Assembly (NCBI GenBank): GCA_047495785.1
Contig: JBLDXI010000050.1
Location: forward strand, 372,001 to 436,000
DNA length: 64,000 bases
Reading direction: 5' to 3'
DNA from: Lepidodermella squamata
Taxonomy: Eukaryota; Animalia; Gastrotricha
The position numbers and the translations under genes were made by a program. Shown here in pieces: positions 37,687-51,083 of this stretch; within the stretch, counting starts at the first letter, position 1, and each line of letters begins with the position of its first letter. Under the pieces are notes generated by a model that made no database searches, was not told the DNA's origin, and was given only the letters and a program-made list of their open reading frames with translations.

Positions 37687-38980
37687 CATTTAAAAGCCCC
37701 GTGTGATATTTGCTATTTTTGTGATGTTTTCATCATTATACAATTTCACCTGTTATATTTACCTGTTTGTAAATCAAATAAAACTGTTATTATTTGCTAC
37801 TTGGCCTTCGTTTTAAGAGTTGAAGTTGAAAACAAGCGTTTTATAATCCAGCGAAATGAGGTTCGGAAATGCGGAAACATTAGACTACGGATTCTTAGAA
37901 AGCTTTCAATGCTAATGATAATTTGACCAAGTCAGTTAATTAATCTCTAAACACGCCAGCCTTATTTTTTGCTCTAAATTTGAACTTTGACCCTAATTTT
38001 AATATTCATATCAGGGTGTCCGAAGTTACCCCAGTTGTGTCCGAAGTTAGCCGAACCAGTTTTCCTTTAATACCTGTACGGGAAAAATTATTTTTTTACC
38101 GGAGTTGATACTAGAATATGCAGTTTTTCAAGGCGCATCTTTTGACATGAAGCCCGTCAAAAAATTCGTTCACCTCGAAAAACTAAGCCCCAAAAACACG
38201 TTTTTGTCCGAAGTAAGACCACCTTACGGTACAAATCATTAATTTAACTGAGGACTCTCATAACAAAAACCATAATTGAAGTCAAAGCCATATCAAGAGC
38301 AAGCGGCGATGTAATCAAATGAGAATATTATTTAAATTAAAATAATTTTTTTCAAGCAAGACAAAATGGTTTCCTTTGTTTGGCATGGCTGCCAATAAAT
38401 GCTAGAAATTTATTTCAAACGCTGAGACTAAGCCTGAAGCAATTGGAGGAGCCATGATCACTGACTGCTATATTTCATTTATAAATTTGGGATTTTTTAT
38501 TTAATGCTAGGTCCAAATTTAGCGCTGCGGCCAGCCTAATTACGTTAATGATAGAAATTATGGAAATTTTTCACCGCCGATATCTTGATATTTATTACCT
38601 TCAATTTACCTTTCATCTCATCAATAATGACCTTCGAAACCACAATGACCCTCTTATTGAAACTCCAATTTTCAAAATGTTTAGATTTAATTTGGCATTT
38701 TCATCGCTCGCGGCGATTGCGCAACACCTAATCTTACTGTGTGGACTTAATTACTATGAACAGTCAGAAATACATATGTTTTTGTAGTGTAAAAGCGGCT
38801 AAAATGCGCCGTGCTGACCTCAGCTGTGGCGTAACACAACAATGGCGCAGAACGTGGTCGCGTCTCATTATGACTTTTTCGCACTCATTTCATTTTATTT
38901 CTTTACTCGGGATTTTTAAAGATCTGCATGATGTGATAGCATGTGATAGAGCCGTTGCAATAATTTCTCAGTTAGCCTTG

Positions 38981-39768
38981 AAATTTTAAGAACAATTAAA
39001 TTCCCGAAAAAATGTGTTCTCTGAAATTATCGAAAAATTCAAATTCAAATATCCCGAAAAATTATCGAAAATTCAAATACAAATGCACATGAAGAGCTCA
39101 ATTTTTTATTTTTTTATTTCAAGTTAATTTTTTCAAATCGAGATCGAAATCTCGCATCCATCCATCCACGAAGCTGCTGCTGTTTGATAAATGCGCTCTT
39201 CATTGCAAATAGCAAATAGCAAATTGCGAATATCGAATTGAACCTGAATAACAGCTTATAATAATAATTCAAAATAATTCCAGTAAAGTCGAAAAGAAAG
39301 GTTCCGGAGCTGGGAGATGGCTGATGAAGGCTATTAACAACGGAAATCATAGCCGGATAATTACGGTAGATTCTCTGAATTGATTCTGGCCAGGCTATAT
39401 TCTATTTAAAAGCTGTGTAATTTTAGAGTTGACCACTCCAGCTATTTTGGCCGAAACTTTCAGTGTATTGCGATCGGCAATTTTTTGAGTGAATGGTAAA
39501 TTATTTTGGACGTATTTCGCCCAAATTAATCGGCAAATTCTTCGCGAAGCTGCTTCAGCCAAATAATTCTCGCAATTTTTTAGCCAACAGGTGCAAACTC
39601 GATTTTTGTCTAAAATTGCTGATAAAACGATGGTTGAATTTACTGAAAATGAGGTCGGTGAAAAATGGCGCCAAAATTCCACATGATTATTGTTGATTCC
39701 CTTCAACAAGAAATTTAACCGAAGATTTGGCCAAAACGTGCATTTGGGCGGACGGATTTTTATCTGGG
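38981..39768 (-). repeat. Arm 2 of the ~788-bp inverted duplication
   Basis: Reverse complement of 31549-32336. Confidence 0.9.
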
Positions 39769-39794
39769 GATTTTTATCTGGGCAGACGTTTGCT

Positions 39795-40080
39795 GGAATT
39801 TCTGTGAGAGCTACCACAATGATCGGACACGACGCGTTCCGTCTGGCAGGATTCTCGATTTCCTTCCAGACAATGCATTTCATGTTATTTCTGTGAGAGC
39901 TACCACAACGAACAGACACGAATTGTTCTGTCTAGTAGGATTCTCGACTTCTTTCTAGACAATGCATTTTATGAAATTTCTGTCAGAGCTACCACAATGA
40001 ACAGACACGAATTGTTCGGATTTTCCGATTTCATGGAATGCATTGTCTAGAAAGAAATCGAGAATCCTGCCAGACGGAAG
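39795..40080 (-). repeat. Diverged ~89-bp monomers related to the 90-bp satellite
   Basis: atttctgt(g/c)agagctaccacaa repeats at 89-bp spacing and is the reverse complement of the satellite core ttgtggtagctctcacagaaat; another monomer at ~41365-41460 (+). Confidence 0.8.
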
Positions 40081-40129
40081 CCTTCGATGCCAGATGGATA
40101 GTGCTGAAAATTAGTGCTGGTTAGGTGCT

Positions 40130-40600
40130 GAAATTCGTGTTGGGTACATTTGGAAGACTCGATAATTCCGTCGTGGTTCAGCGTGTCAAACGCCTTTGAC
40201 AAGTTTATTGACACGGCACCGACAACCTTCCCGTCACACATCCATTGACGCCAATCTTAAACTCGGCGATGCATGTGTCGGTAGAATGCTTTTCTCGGAA
40301 GCCATGCTGGGCTGATGTCTAGAACTTGCGTAGGAAGGCCAAGCATCGTTCGAAAGTGCGCGCGATTGCAGATGTGATAGAGATGGGTCGATAGTTGCCA
40401 ACATCCGCTCTGCTCCCAGATTTGTGAAGAGGAGTAACGATTGAAACCTTCCAATCATCAACAAACTTTCCTTTCTTAATTCCCATGTTGAACAGTATTG
40501 CCAAATATGGGGCGATTGTGGACTTCGTCATCTCCACGACGCATTCAGGAATGCCATTAAACCCTGTGGTCTGTTTGTACGGCAATTACGACAATTGAGT
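40130..40600 (-). mobile_element. LINE RT fragment related to element A
   Basis: TTGFNGIPE, WKVSIVTPLHKSG, NYRPISI, SINLSKAFDTL across frameshifts. Confidence 0.8.
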
Positions 40601-42729
40601 GTTACCTTCATCCTTTATAACCATCGTCGTACCGTAATGGTCGCTAAGACCAACCACGAAATATAAGACGAAATATTGCTGATCATAAAACGTAAATTAA
40701 GTAACATCAAGGACGTGAAACAGGAAACAGTATACCTTTTCTCAGTGAGAAAGTGAGAGCCCCGGGGACAACTGAGCGCATAGCTAAGGAAGCCCGACAA
40801 CATTAGGCTCGCGCTAGCCAACCGGCGGACAACGAGAGCCTCTACGGACCGCCAGAGCCGCACTTACGCCCCGGAACGAACACTTTCCGAGAGAGAAATT
40901 TGGGTTTTTTTTCATTTCTGTTATTTTTTCACATATGGCAATTCTGCAAGAATAAGTCCAAGAATAATATGACTCATAGCATGATGGCGCATTCGTCATA
41001 TATAAGAACCGTATAATAATATTTTCATATTTCAGTTAGGTACAAATATTACTAAAATTGGATCAAATATTAACAATTAGCATTGAATTATAACAAAGGT
41101 TATAGACATATAAACATGGATCTAAACGATTTCTACGAGAGAAGCTCGAATCACATCTAGCGGCGCTATGACAGTTGGACGTGTCGGTATTACACGGGGC
41201 TTTTGCAGTTGCTCCACGGTTTCCAGGCCACATTCAGTACCAAATCGAATAGCTCTTGTGACCGCTTTCGCTGTTTTTGCAGCAAATCTGTCCTTTAGCA
41301 TTGGGACCCCGGTTTCCAGGTGAATTTGCTGGTGAAGGTGAAATATTTGACCATTTCATGAAATGCATGAAATGCATTGTGCATTGTCTAGAAGGAATAC
41401 GAGAATCCAGCCAGATGGAACGCTTCGTGTCTGTTCATTGTGGTAGCTCTCACAGAAATCCCGGTGCCCTTCGAATCAGGACCCTTCGAAACTTGTAAAT
41501 ATGACAACGAAACTAGGGATTCATTTTTCAACCCTACTGCGTAACCCGACAAATGGCCAATTGTGACTTGCCCCATCCAGCAAAACCGAATACAGCCATA
41601 GTGGTCATGTCGGTGCATGCAAAGAAAGAAACAAAGATTTCCACGACACGAACGGTGACAGTACGGGGGCTCCCCCGGCATTTCTGTCAACTTTTCAACA
41701 ATGGCACTAAACTGTTTGTTCTCCTTCAAATGTAATAGGTCCATCGATGTATCCTTCCGGCATTTCAGGCACATTATGCTTCATGCTTTGACATTGCAGT
41801 CATTCCGCCTAGAACACCAACATCGGTGGTAAACACTGCCGGTTTTTCGCTTATCAGTTTGATATTTGATCCCGTCATAGACAGTGACGATCGACCACTT
41901 TCATTTATACCTAACTATTTTAGGAGGTGCCGCAGAAAATGACAGATTTGTGAATATATCCCCTTTTATCATCCGTTTCCGGCTCTTCCTGGTAGCGAGT
42001 TTCGTCGAGGCGCTGTTTCAATCCTTTATTTTCTTCAATTGCCTGTTTATAGCGATCAAGTAGGGTGTTAGGGCTAATCATGCTCGGGACATTAGGTGAT
42101 GTAAGAAGAGGAGATGGCACAATAACCGCATTGGACATTGGATAACAGGTGTTTTCGAGTAAAATGTGAGTTGTCATATTTAGCAAGAGGGGGAGTTTTT
42201 AGAGAGTGTTGAATACTTTATATCATCAGTAAATCAAGGGGGCTGAATCATTTGTAAATCCACCAGCGCCAAATTGAAATGTGCGCATTAAAAGCAAGTA
42301 TCCCGTAGAGCTTATTTTGCGCATATGATACCTAGCTGATGCTTTGTGTCAGCCGGAACTACTTTCCGTCATGTCATTCACGCGCCACAACATGCTTTTG
42401 CGTTTAAAGCCAAGTTCAAAGCCCCGCACGTAATATCTTATATATATCGTATATACTCGAAAAAGTGAACGCCTTGGTAATGCATTGAATCTGAAATATT
42501 AACATGGACCTAGGGACTTCGATATAAAATCGATAAACCAGGACGTTGTTCCGGTCAGCCATGGTGCCTGTTTCTCCCTTAATAGTATTCAAAACTTGTC
42601 ATAACTTGAAAATATACATGGAGGTTAACACAAAGTATGTCTGACAAGATGCGTAGCGGCATTTAATTCCTGGTGGAATTGTTCCAAGAGCAACAGCCTC
42701 TTCTTCTTTGCTTGATAACAAGTCTTCAG

Positions 42730-43694
42730 ATGGCTTACCTTACTCTGGCGATAATCGCTGCCGCCTGTGCCGCAGCCACAGCTTGCCCTGCGTCGACGAC
42801 GACAACCCCGTGCCCAACGGGCAGCGCTGGTTGCGCCGCAAATCAACAATGCGCAGCGACTCCTAGTATCTGTGATACTACCGCCAAGAATTGTATCGCC
42901 AAAACCGACAATCAGTGTGCAACAAATGGTCAGACGTGCCAAGCTACGGTAATCCGCAAAATCCCTCATTATTATAATCGAGATGTTATTTTTCTCATCC
43001 AATGACTCCCAATACCAGCTACTCTACCAGCTTTGCTCAATGACGACTCAGGGGTCTGCTGCCGCTGATGCTACTGGGGTTGCTAAAACTGTCAAATTTT
43101 GTCACAACGAAGCCGGAACTGGATCCACAATTTGTACTAAGTACATTACAGCACCTACTGCTGCTACGGTAATTATTTTTTGCGTGCAGCTAATCATATT
43201 AGTTTGGAGTTTGATGTGGATAGATTGCTTCTGACTCAGTTAATACCTTCAGCACATTTGCACTATGCTGTGGTGCCACAACTGCGACAACTGCCAATAT
43301 CAGATACGAAGCACTACCGCAGCCGAGTAATGCAATGCCAATTCTGACATGCATTGGAGCATTGGATGCGACTCCATACAAAATAACAGGTGCAGCTGCA
43401 ACTATTGCAGCTGTTGGGTCATGTGTACGTTTCCCCCACACTGCTAGCAGTTCTACTAATGTACAAGGAGCTAGTGGATTGGTGAGCATCCATTCTGTTG
43501 TTCATCTATATAAATTGTCTTTTAAATTTATAATATGTCAGGCGGCATCCGTTACGGCTTATCAATACGCTACGTTCGCAGGTTGCTGCACTGCACTTGC
43601 CGGTGTCACTCCAGATGCCAAAAAAACACCGGGTTTTGGCACTGCTACCATATATAATATCGCGGGTATTGAAACCTGCGGCGCCTTCGCTTAG
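42730..43694 (+). CDS. Secreted Cys/Ala/Thr-rich protein, 4 exons (42730-42948, 43019-43168, 43224-43481, 43542-43694), ~260 aa
   Basis: Signal-peptide-like start MAYLTLAIIAAACAAA; three phase-0 GT-AG introns restore one frame with regularly spaced Cys; AATAAA at ~43846. Confidence 0.75.
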
Positions 43695-44399
43695 TAAAAA
43701 CCGATTAGCTCGAAATTGTGTGACGCTAAGCATATATTGCTTTATCGGCTTATCGATAAAGCAAATCATCAATGAGCCGATGATTTTCAGTTATTTCTGT
43801 TTTTAACTCGGCTAATGAATGATAAATGATGAATGATTAATGATAAATAAACTTGACGAATACAGAAAAAGGAGCGTGAAAAAGGAGTGTACGTCATGGG
43901 CGCCAGATGGTCAGCTGATTCATCAGAAGGTGGGAGGGGAAGTGATCATAATATTCGATTCTTTTCTTGTTGGTTCGGATCGCATCTTAAAATGAATTTA
44001 ACTTTTGTTGATGGTTTCAGATAGGTGACATCACAAGGAACACGCTGGTTATTTTTCCAAAATTTCCCAAAAAAAGTTTTCCAAAATGTTTCCAAAATTG
44101 ATCCAATTGTAGGAACAATATTAACCATTGAAATTGAAGAAATTGAACATCGCTGATGCAATAAAAATATATTTACACCTCTAATTGAATCGAAATTGAA
44201 GCAGTTTTTCGGTGTTCCGTGTAGCGTGTAGACCAGATCGAGCTCTACAATTTGACACTTGGAGCGAACTTGGAAGAATTTATGTCGTTTTTCTGGAAAG
44301 TTTTGAAAATCGAACGTGGATTTATGCTTTATGCACTATAAAAATTGGACTTCAGAATCGGTGGGCGATCTCTACTGAATTATGTCTATTTTTTTTTAT

Positions 44400-44735
44400 T
44401 CATTTAATTGAAAGATTGTGTTTTCGACCACAATTCACCATATTTTCCATAAAATGATCAATGTGAACAGAATAGTTGGCGGGTTGCAACCCGTAGGAAT
44501 CCAAGAAATTGACGCAAGTCGAATTCACATGGAGGGCTATCCAGTGGGATCCTGGCGAGGAGCTGGGTGAAGCGTTAACTATCAGATACATCGGCTTCTC
44601 ATTAACATTCCAGTTTTCGTAATGTGGCAAGTGATTGTATGGAATCCATATAGAGTTGTCTATGGTTTGCGGGCCGAAGATTTCGAGTGCGCGCACATGA
44701 GTGCGAGCGCCATAGACAATTATTACGGAATTCAT
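44400..44735 (-). pseudogene. Adenain-like (Polinton PRO) cysteine protease fragment
   Basis: IVNASPSSSPGSHWIAL...FLDSYG..P matches the Polinton protease pattern N....PG.HW.A...FDS.G; the catalytic Q..S..CG segment is not seen. Confidence 0.7.
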
Positions 44736-44779
44736 ACATTTTATAAATTCATCAATAATTAATTTATGTTGAGTAGTCT

Positions 44780-45030
44780 AATGCCGAGTTGTCGTGAATT
44801 GTTGAGTTAATTTTAGTTTGCCGAGTTGTCGTTTCCATATATTAGTGATTTTCGAAATGCCGAGTCGTCGTTTTGCCGAATTGTCGAAATAGGACACGTT
44901 GCCTAATAATCGTTTGCCGAATTGTCGTTTTCGGTCCTTTAGTTTTTCAACGTCAAGTTGACGTTTGCCGAATAGTCGTCCCGAGCTGTCGCATGTTGAA
45001 TAGTCGTTTGCTCACTTGTCGCCACACCAC
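44780..45030. repeat. Cluster of short ccga(g/a)ttgtcg motifs, likely a DNA transposon subterminal region
   Basis: Seven or more degenerate copies of gccgagttgtcg; no partner end seen. Confidence 0.4.
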
Positions 45031-45209
45031 GCATAGACCTCAATCGCGCTAATTTTGAGGTATTTCTTCTCGAGCAGACTCGCTTCTTTGGTAAATCTTT
45101 TAAATTTGAATTAAAATTGGATAAAACCACGCATTCAGTCTTTCTTGAAAAATGATTTCGCAACAGTGAAAATAATTAACTTGGATAATTATGGGTAGTC
45201 TAGTGTAAA

Positions 45210-45680
45210 TGCGACGTTTATCAGTTTAGTTTTCATTTCATCTTTTTTTCAGTTTCAAAAGCAAGTTAATTCTTTTCCTTGGCCCGGAATTCATTTATAA
45301 CTTTAAATCATTTGTCTGCACTTGATATTTTTGTAGTAGCACCGGGGCCGCCCGGCAAACAGCCGCCAATGTGGTCTGGCCAACTCTCTTTCTAGCGCCA
45401 ATCGGCTGCGGTAGCAGCAACGCATTGAACGTAATTGTTTTCTACTATTTTCGAAAAAATCTTAAAACCTGATTGCTTCTCAAGCTTTAAAAAAATAATT
45501 CAACCCTAATTAAAGTCTCTTAATATTTTTAGAGCTCGAAATGCGCCACGATGACTGGGACTCCATCGCCCGGTTGGTCACTAAATTCAAACTCTAAATC
45601 AAGGCTAAATCAAGTTATTTCCAAGAAATTGCGGTTCAGGAAAAAATTGAAATCATCATTAAATTTCAATTTTCGGAATT

Positions 45681-45714
<34 letters not shown>

Positions 45715-46250
45715 TAATCTAATTATATTTTTGAATTTATAGGTCGATGGTTCGATGGCAATGCCGTGCCAATGGCTGCCAATGCGAATGGCTCTCGGCT
45801 CTCGTGGCTATTCAACTCTGATCGGCTTCGGGACGGCTTCGAAAATTTGCATCTCGAACAATTTTAAACTATTGATTAATACATCCGATAATTAACTCTG
45901 CCATGATTATCGGAATTTAACCTTGAATAAAAATTGCTACAATAAAATGCGAATAACTGAGTTCTGACTTGAGTAACATGAAGAACCACAGTGACATGGA
46001 GCCAGGCAGTTGAATATTACAAGATTGTCGTCTTATTTGAATGAAGAGCGAAGATGATATGACCAAGTGGTTTTGGTTTCGCCGAAAGTCTCGTCAATCT
46101 GTTTGGCCGAAATTCGGTGATTTCAGCAAAAGATTTAGCTGAAATTTTGGCCGAGAATGTTTTTCGCCGATATTTGGTCGAAGTGTTTCGCCTATTTGGG
46201 GGTATCAGAAAGATGAGCCAAATTATAGGCCGAGATTATCGCGGTAAATT
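45210..46250 (+). repeat. Dispersed ~1-kb spliced-looking repeat unit, best-preserved copy
   Basis: GT-AG introns 45431-45532 and 45573-45742, AATAAA at ~45927 and ~45941; homologous to 25320-26350. Confidence 0.65.
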
Positions 46251-46550
46251 TTCATCTGGGTAGGTTTTTGTTTTTGTTTTTGCCTCTTCAACCCATATCG
46301 GCACGAAGCTGATGAACGGAGGTGAACGGCTATTTGACACATGAAGGAAGATGAACTTTTTTGATACAAGGTGAACGAACGTGAACAAGCAAACGATTTT
46401 TTCTTGCTACGTGAACAGAGGTGAAAAAATGTGGGCAGCAGTCAGAAGGAGATGAACTATGGTGAACGTTACTTGGAGAGCTGATAAAACTTAATTTTGG
46501 CGGGAAATGAAATCCAATGTAGTTGAAGATCATTGCATTTCGGCAAAGTT

Positions 46551-47289
46551 ATGAATTTTGCGTTGGTATACCACGGTATAACGCAAACCTTAGCTAACTT
46601 CGGATTACAGGTTGTTTGAGCGCATTACGAATGGTCTCCTATGATGTTTCTAGTTGTCTGGAGGACAACATGTCAACCAGCGATTTTTCTGGAACTTGGA
46701 ACACGGATTCTTCGTGGAATTTGACCAAATGAGACTACGTGAAATTTTCTTGATGCATCCTGAAAAAGTCGACGCTAGTTATCTGCGGCCGGATTCGCCT
46801 GGTTTTCTACGGATTGCGTACATTTTTGTCGACGAAATTGAGGAGGAAGATGAAAACTGGCCAAGTATTGTTCTGTCCATTATAACAGCGGCCGGCGAAG
46901 CAGCGGGTAAAGCAGCTGTAAACGAGCGTCACGCGCTTATTTTCGGCTTGAAAGAAATGTTACGCTCGAACGGGCCCTATGCCATTGCGATTCTTGAATT
47001 CTTTGTCAAAAGGCTACTTCAATCCGGTTCTCGACTGAAAATATCATCTCTGGACAATGCGCTAGGTGGTGAGATTTTGTCTAGCTCAAGGTTCAAATCA
47101 CTGATGCCTGAAATTCTAAGCGAGTTTGACGATTCAATCTTAAAACGCCCAATTTTCACGCTAATGTCTTTGGCTCGACGTGCTGTATTGATTCGACTGA
47201 GACTTGGCTTGATGAGGCGCAATGAAGATATCGCGAGTTTATGCCTACCTGACAGCCTTAAAAACTATCTCCATTTCGACGATTTGTAG
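46551..47289 (+). CDS. SOCS-box protein (~231 aa), exons 46551-46610 and 46654-47289
   Basis: C-terminus PIFTLMSLARRAVLIRL...IASLCLPDSLKNYL matches the BC-box plus Cullin-box consensus at the canonical C-terminal position; 43-nt phase-0 intron; AATAAA at ~47344. Confidence 0.75.
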
Positions 47290-47645
47290 CTGGTTGTTGT
47301 ATTATACTGTTACAACGCACGCTTATGTGTCGAGTGAAAAAGGAATAAAAAGGCGGAAAAGTACTCATATATTTCTTATTTAATTCAAAAGTTGAGCCTC
47401 TTCATAATCTAGTCAGTTATAACAGCAGCGTTACACGGAAATATGAACATCATCGCATTAATAACGCTTGGTTATACTCTATTTTCAGCACATACAAATT
47501 GAAAAAAATTTCCGAGCTTGAAATAAAAAAATCTCAGAAAATTTTCCAAAGATGATAGTTATTGTAGCTATGAAACAGCAGATGCAGCTGCAGCTCGAAA
47601 AGTCAAATAGCGTCAATGTAGTAGTAAGAAACGTTGTACTAAGAG

Positions 47646-50477
47646 CTATGAGGCGATTTCAGTTACATTTGTTATTTTAGAGAGAAAAATTTCGCCACTA
47701 GCCTTGCTTTTGAAAACACAACAAGGAGCAGTAATGGAATCGTAAAGGTGGAAGGTCATGCAAGCGCCGATCTCGGTGACGACTTTGTGGTGACCGCGAC
47801 TTGAATTCGGCCATAGGTTTCGCACGCTTAACAATCGCAGGCCCACCCATAACTTGGAGCCATCTTTTAAAAAAATGGAGCAGACGCCGTATCCAAACTC
47901 GCCGAAAACGGCAGTCCCAGACTCGATAGTATCTCCACCAGTCAACAGGCCAAATGGGGTGAGACATTTTCTGTAAAGCTTGGGAAGATCATCCGGTAGA
48001 ATCGATAGATTACTCGTTTTCGAGATGTTATAGCGTTCGGTGATGGTAAGCTTAACGTCAACTGCAGCCCAGATGTAAACAGATTCCCCAGCTGTTTCGC
48101 CCGATTTATGCAGTGGTCTCGCCTCCAGCGACTTGTAGAAGCGAGAGGCGACATCGGCGTCCTGAAAGCGGTAAGAGCCATGTCGCAAAGCCTCCTCGAT
48201 GAGTGCCCGCTTCGCGATCTGATCGAGAGGGTGATTTGGGCCGGTGACGAATCGAGCTAAACGGCCGTAAAAACTCTCTAGCCCGAATTCGTCATACTCT
48301 GATAGGATACCATGCCTGGCCAGGAAAAGGCCAAAGTGTCTAGTTTGATGGATGGCATATGACAACAGCCGTTGGCCAAACAGCTGCCCAAAGCGCACGA
48401 CGAAGTTATCAAAACTTCTGCCAAGCTCTTCCGGGGTTCGACCTAAGAAACATAAATATAATTATTTGTCAAGCCTAAATTTATTAAACTCTGAAATTTA
48501 CCATCAAAATTTGGTACGAGGGATGAATGAACGATGTCGCAGAGCTCGATGATAAGAGTGCCGTAGGTTTCCAGCCACTCGTCATCGACATCAGGGGCTC
48601 CTTGACGGAAGAAAATAGGCGCCAGGTGGAGAATGAAAAGCGATACTCGTTCGCTTTTAATTTCCGGCTCTCAGCAATGCTCTCACGACCTCGAGTTTGA
48701 TAGAACGACGGAACACTAACCGTTTCAATATCATCCTCAATTTTTTGAAATGCGGTGTCCGAGCAGAGCTGAGCAGCCGATCCTGGTGCGATGATTCTTT
48801 CACAAATAACACGTATCACACCGAGGCACAATCTGTGTAGGTAGCCGGGGGCGGTGTCTTCAATGATATCGTAGAATATCAGGCGAAACAGTGGGCTCAA
48901 GTTGTAGGTACCCTCCGTTTCATCATTGCCTTTGAATGTTCCTCCGGATTCGTCGAAAAGCTGCTTAGCTAGTAGCGCTGCCAGTTTTTCAGACTCGTGA
49001 GTTCGAAGGTGTAAGGGGCTCGGAGCTTCACCCTCTTCCGGAAAAATGACAGTACTATCGTCCAGTCGCTTTTTCTTCTTCTTATTGGCAGCGTTTTCCT
49101 CGTCTTCATTGTCTGCTTTTTCTTCCTCATCATCAGCTTCATTACCTTCGCCAATTTTAGACTCGGCATAGGCCTGTCTCGATAATCCGCGAGTCCTGCA
49201 GTAAGCACAGCAATAGTGTCCTCCCGACTTGCGGCACATGGCGTGCGCTTTTGCCGGCAAGTCCATCACACCAATGACTCCTTTCGGCGTCACAACCTAA
49301 ATCAGGCACATTAAATTTTGTTATTAAAATGTTTATAGTTCCTAACCTTGATTTCAGTGCCACAAGGTAATGTAAGCCCATTAGAAATAACTTCATTCAT
49401 CTCGGTGATAAACTCGCTGAAAGTATCTTCAGGAACGGGATAACCGTCGCCGGACCAATTGTTAACCAGGAAACGAAGGCGGGTACCCCGAACACCGAGA
49501 ACCAGCATCCATAGGTTTTTGTTGGTATCTTTGTAAGCTCGTACTCCGTCATAGCCAAAGTAAAATGCGATTTTCTTACTGCTATTCTTGTACTTAACGG
49601 AAGTCAGCGCAGAAATAAGACGATCTTTGAATGGAAGATTGATCATTAAGCCATTTCCAGCTTTCGACACTGTAGGCGTTTGTACATAACGCTGCAAAGT
49701 TCGTACTGAGCCTATACCTTGAAACAAATTGGGCTTAGGTAGCAACACGGCTTGATCCTGAATTCCGCTCAAAATTGACTTTCATGATAATCTGCCAGTA
49801 ACGGCGGTTGCAAGACATAACATGAGACCATCTCCTAAAGTAGACTCGCTGCCACCATACAGCGGCTGTTTCAACTTATCGCGCCAGAAGTCATCTGGTA
49901 AATAATTATCGTGTTCCTCGTCGCTATTTCCGCCTTCTTCTTCTTCAGATTGAGAATTTCTTGAGGGGCTTGTCGAGAACTCTTCTTCGATCGAAGAGCT
50001 ATCAGATGGTAATCGATCAGCATCTATAGGCTCGAAAGTGCTGGTATCTTGGGGATGAGGATGTGAAAGGACACTTTGAACCCCCGAAGTTAGTTGAGTC
50101 ATTTGCTCACCATCCGAGTCGGCGCCAGCCTTCTGAGAAGTTGAATCAATATTCTCAGCCGACGAATTAGAGTCGATATTCTCAGATGATGAATTAGAGT
50201 CAGTAGTTTCAGAAGACGATTCAGACTCTGATTGTTGAGAAGACAATATCGGAAGTTCTTTAGATGAACTGCCAGCGATTATAACACGATTGGAAGCTGT
50301 ATTCACTGTCGAACTAGCACCCGCAAGAAACCCCGCTGCAGGTCGAATTTCATGCATAACCTTATGCGTATCGCGCCGTCGTTGCTTGTCAGATGGTTCT
50401 TCGCGAGATTCAACTTGTTCAGGAGCTCTCGGCTCACCAGCTTTACGAAGTGGAACGAATCCTTTGCGCTTTCCCAT
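47646..50477 (-). pseudogene. EnSpm/CACTA transposase, introns 49346-49297 and 48501-48443, with a nonsense codon and a frameshift
   Basis: YDGVRAYK...LW, DLPAKA...GHYCCAYC, YLHRLCLGV, KANEYR, YAIHQTRH...EFGLESFYG.L; in-frame TGA at 49784-49782; 1-bp frameshift near 48640. Confidence 0.85.
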
Positions 50478-51083
50478 TCATAGATAATTAATGATAACTA
50501 TAGAAATAAAAAATCCACCTTAAATGTACGTGGTGATTCTGAAAACCCTTTCTCTTGCGGCAGAGAATGGCAGAAAGTTTCGATGACGATTTAACAGTAA
50601 CAATAGTAACAGGATGTTGGATGAAAAATAAAACCCAAGTCGAAGCTATTGTATCTTCTACCCTATGTGACGTAACGAGTCGCGTGCCGGGATGCCGGAA
50701 GCGTGGCGGCGCGGAAAATAACGTTGCTATGAGTTTTACTTTTCACATTTCAATTTAAAATTATCAATAATCAATATTAAAAACTTGATTTTAGATTGTT
50801 ACAGTAATTATAATTTTTTCCCGCTCTTTTTTAAGCACAATGTTTTTTGCGAGCACGCGTGCACTTTTCAGTTTTTTTTGCGAGCACGTGCGCTTTGCTT
50901 TAAAATGGTAGCCGATTCATGAAAAACGGTTAGTTTTTTGTTTTTTTTTGCTATTCTTTCTTTTTGCCCTTCCTTATGGTCGACACTGCGCCATTTGCAA
51001 TCTTACCAGTACTGTAATTTTTTATTTCCATTTAGGTCCACTGCTGGTTTTAGAGTTATTGTCATCAAACTGCTGCCGTAAAC

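Noticed and set aside
38010-38231. Possible pogo/Tc1-like right end (gtccgaagt repeats ending ttacgg|ta) downstream of Ulp1
   Set aside because: No matching left TIR in the window, so the element cannot be delimited.
49782-49784. In-frame TGA as programmed readthrough or selenocysteine
   Set aside because: The same gene also has a frameshift; simple decay is more parsimonious.
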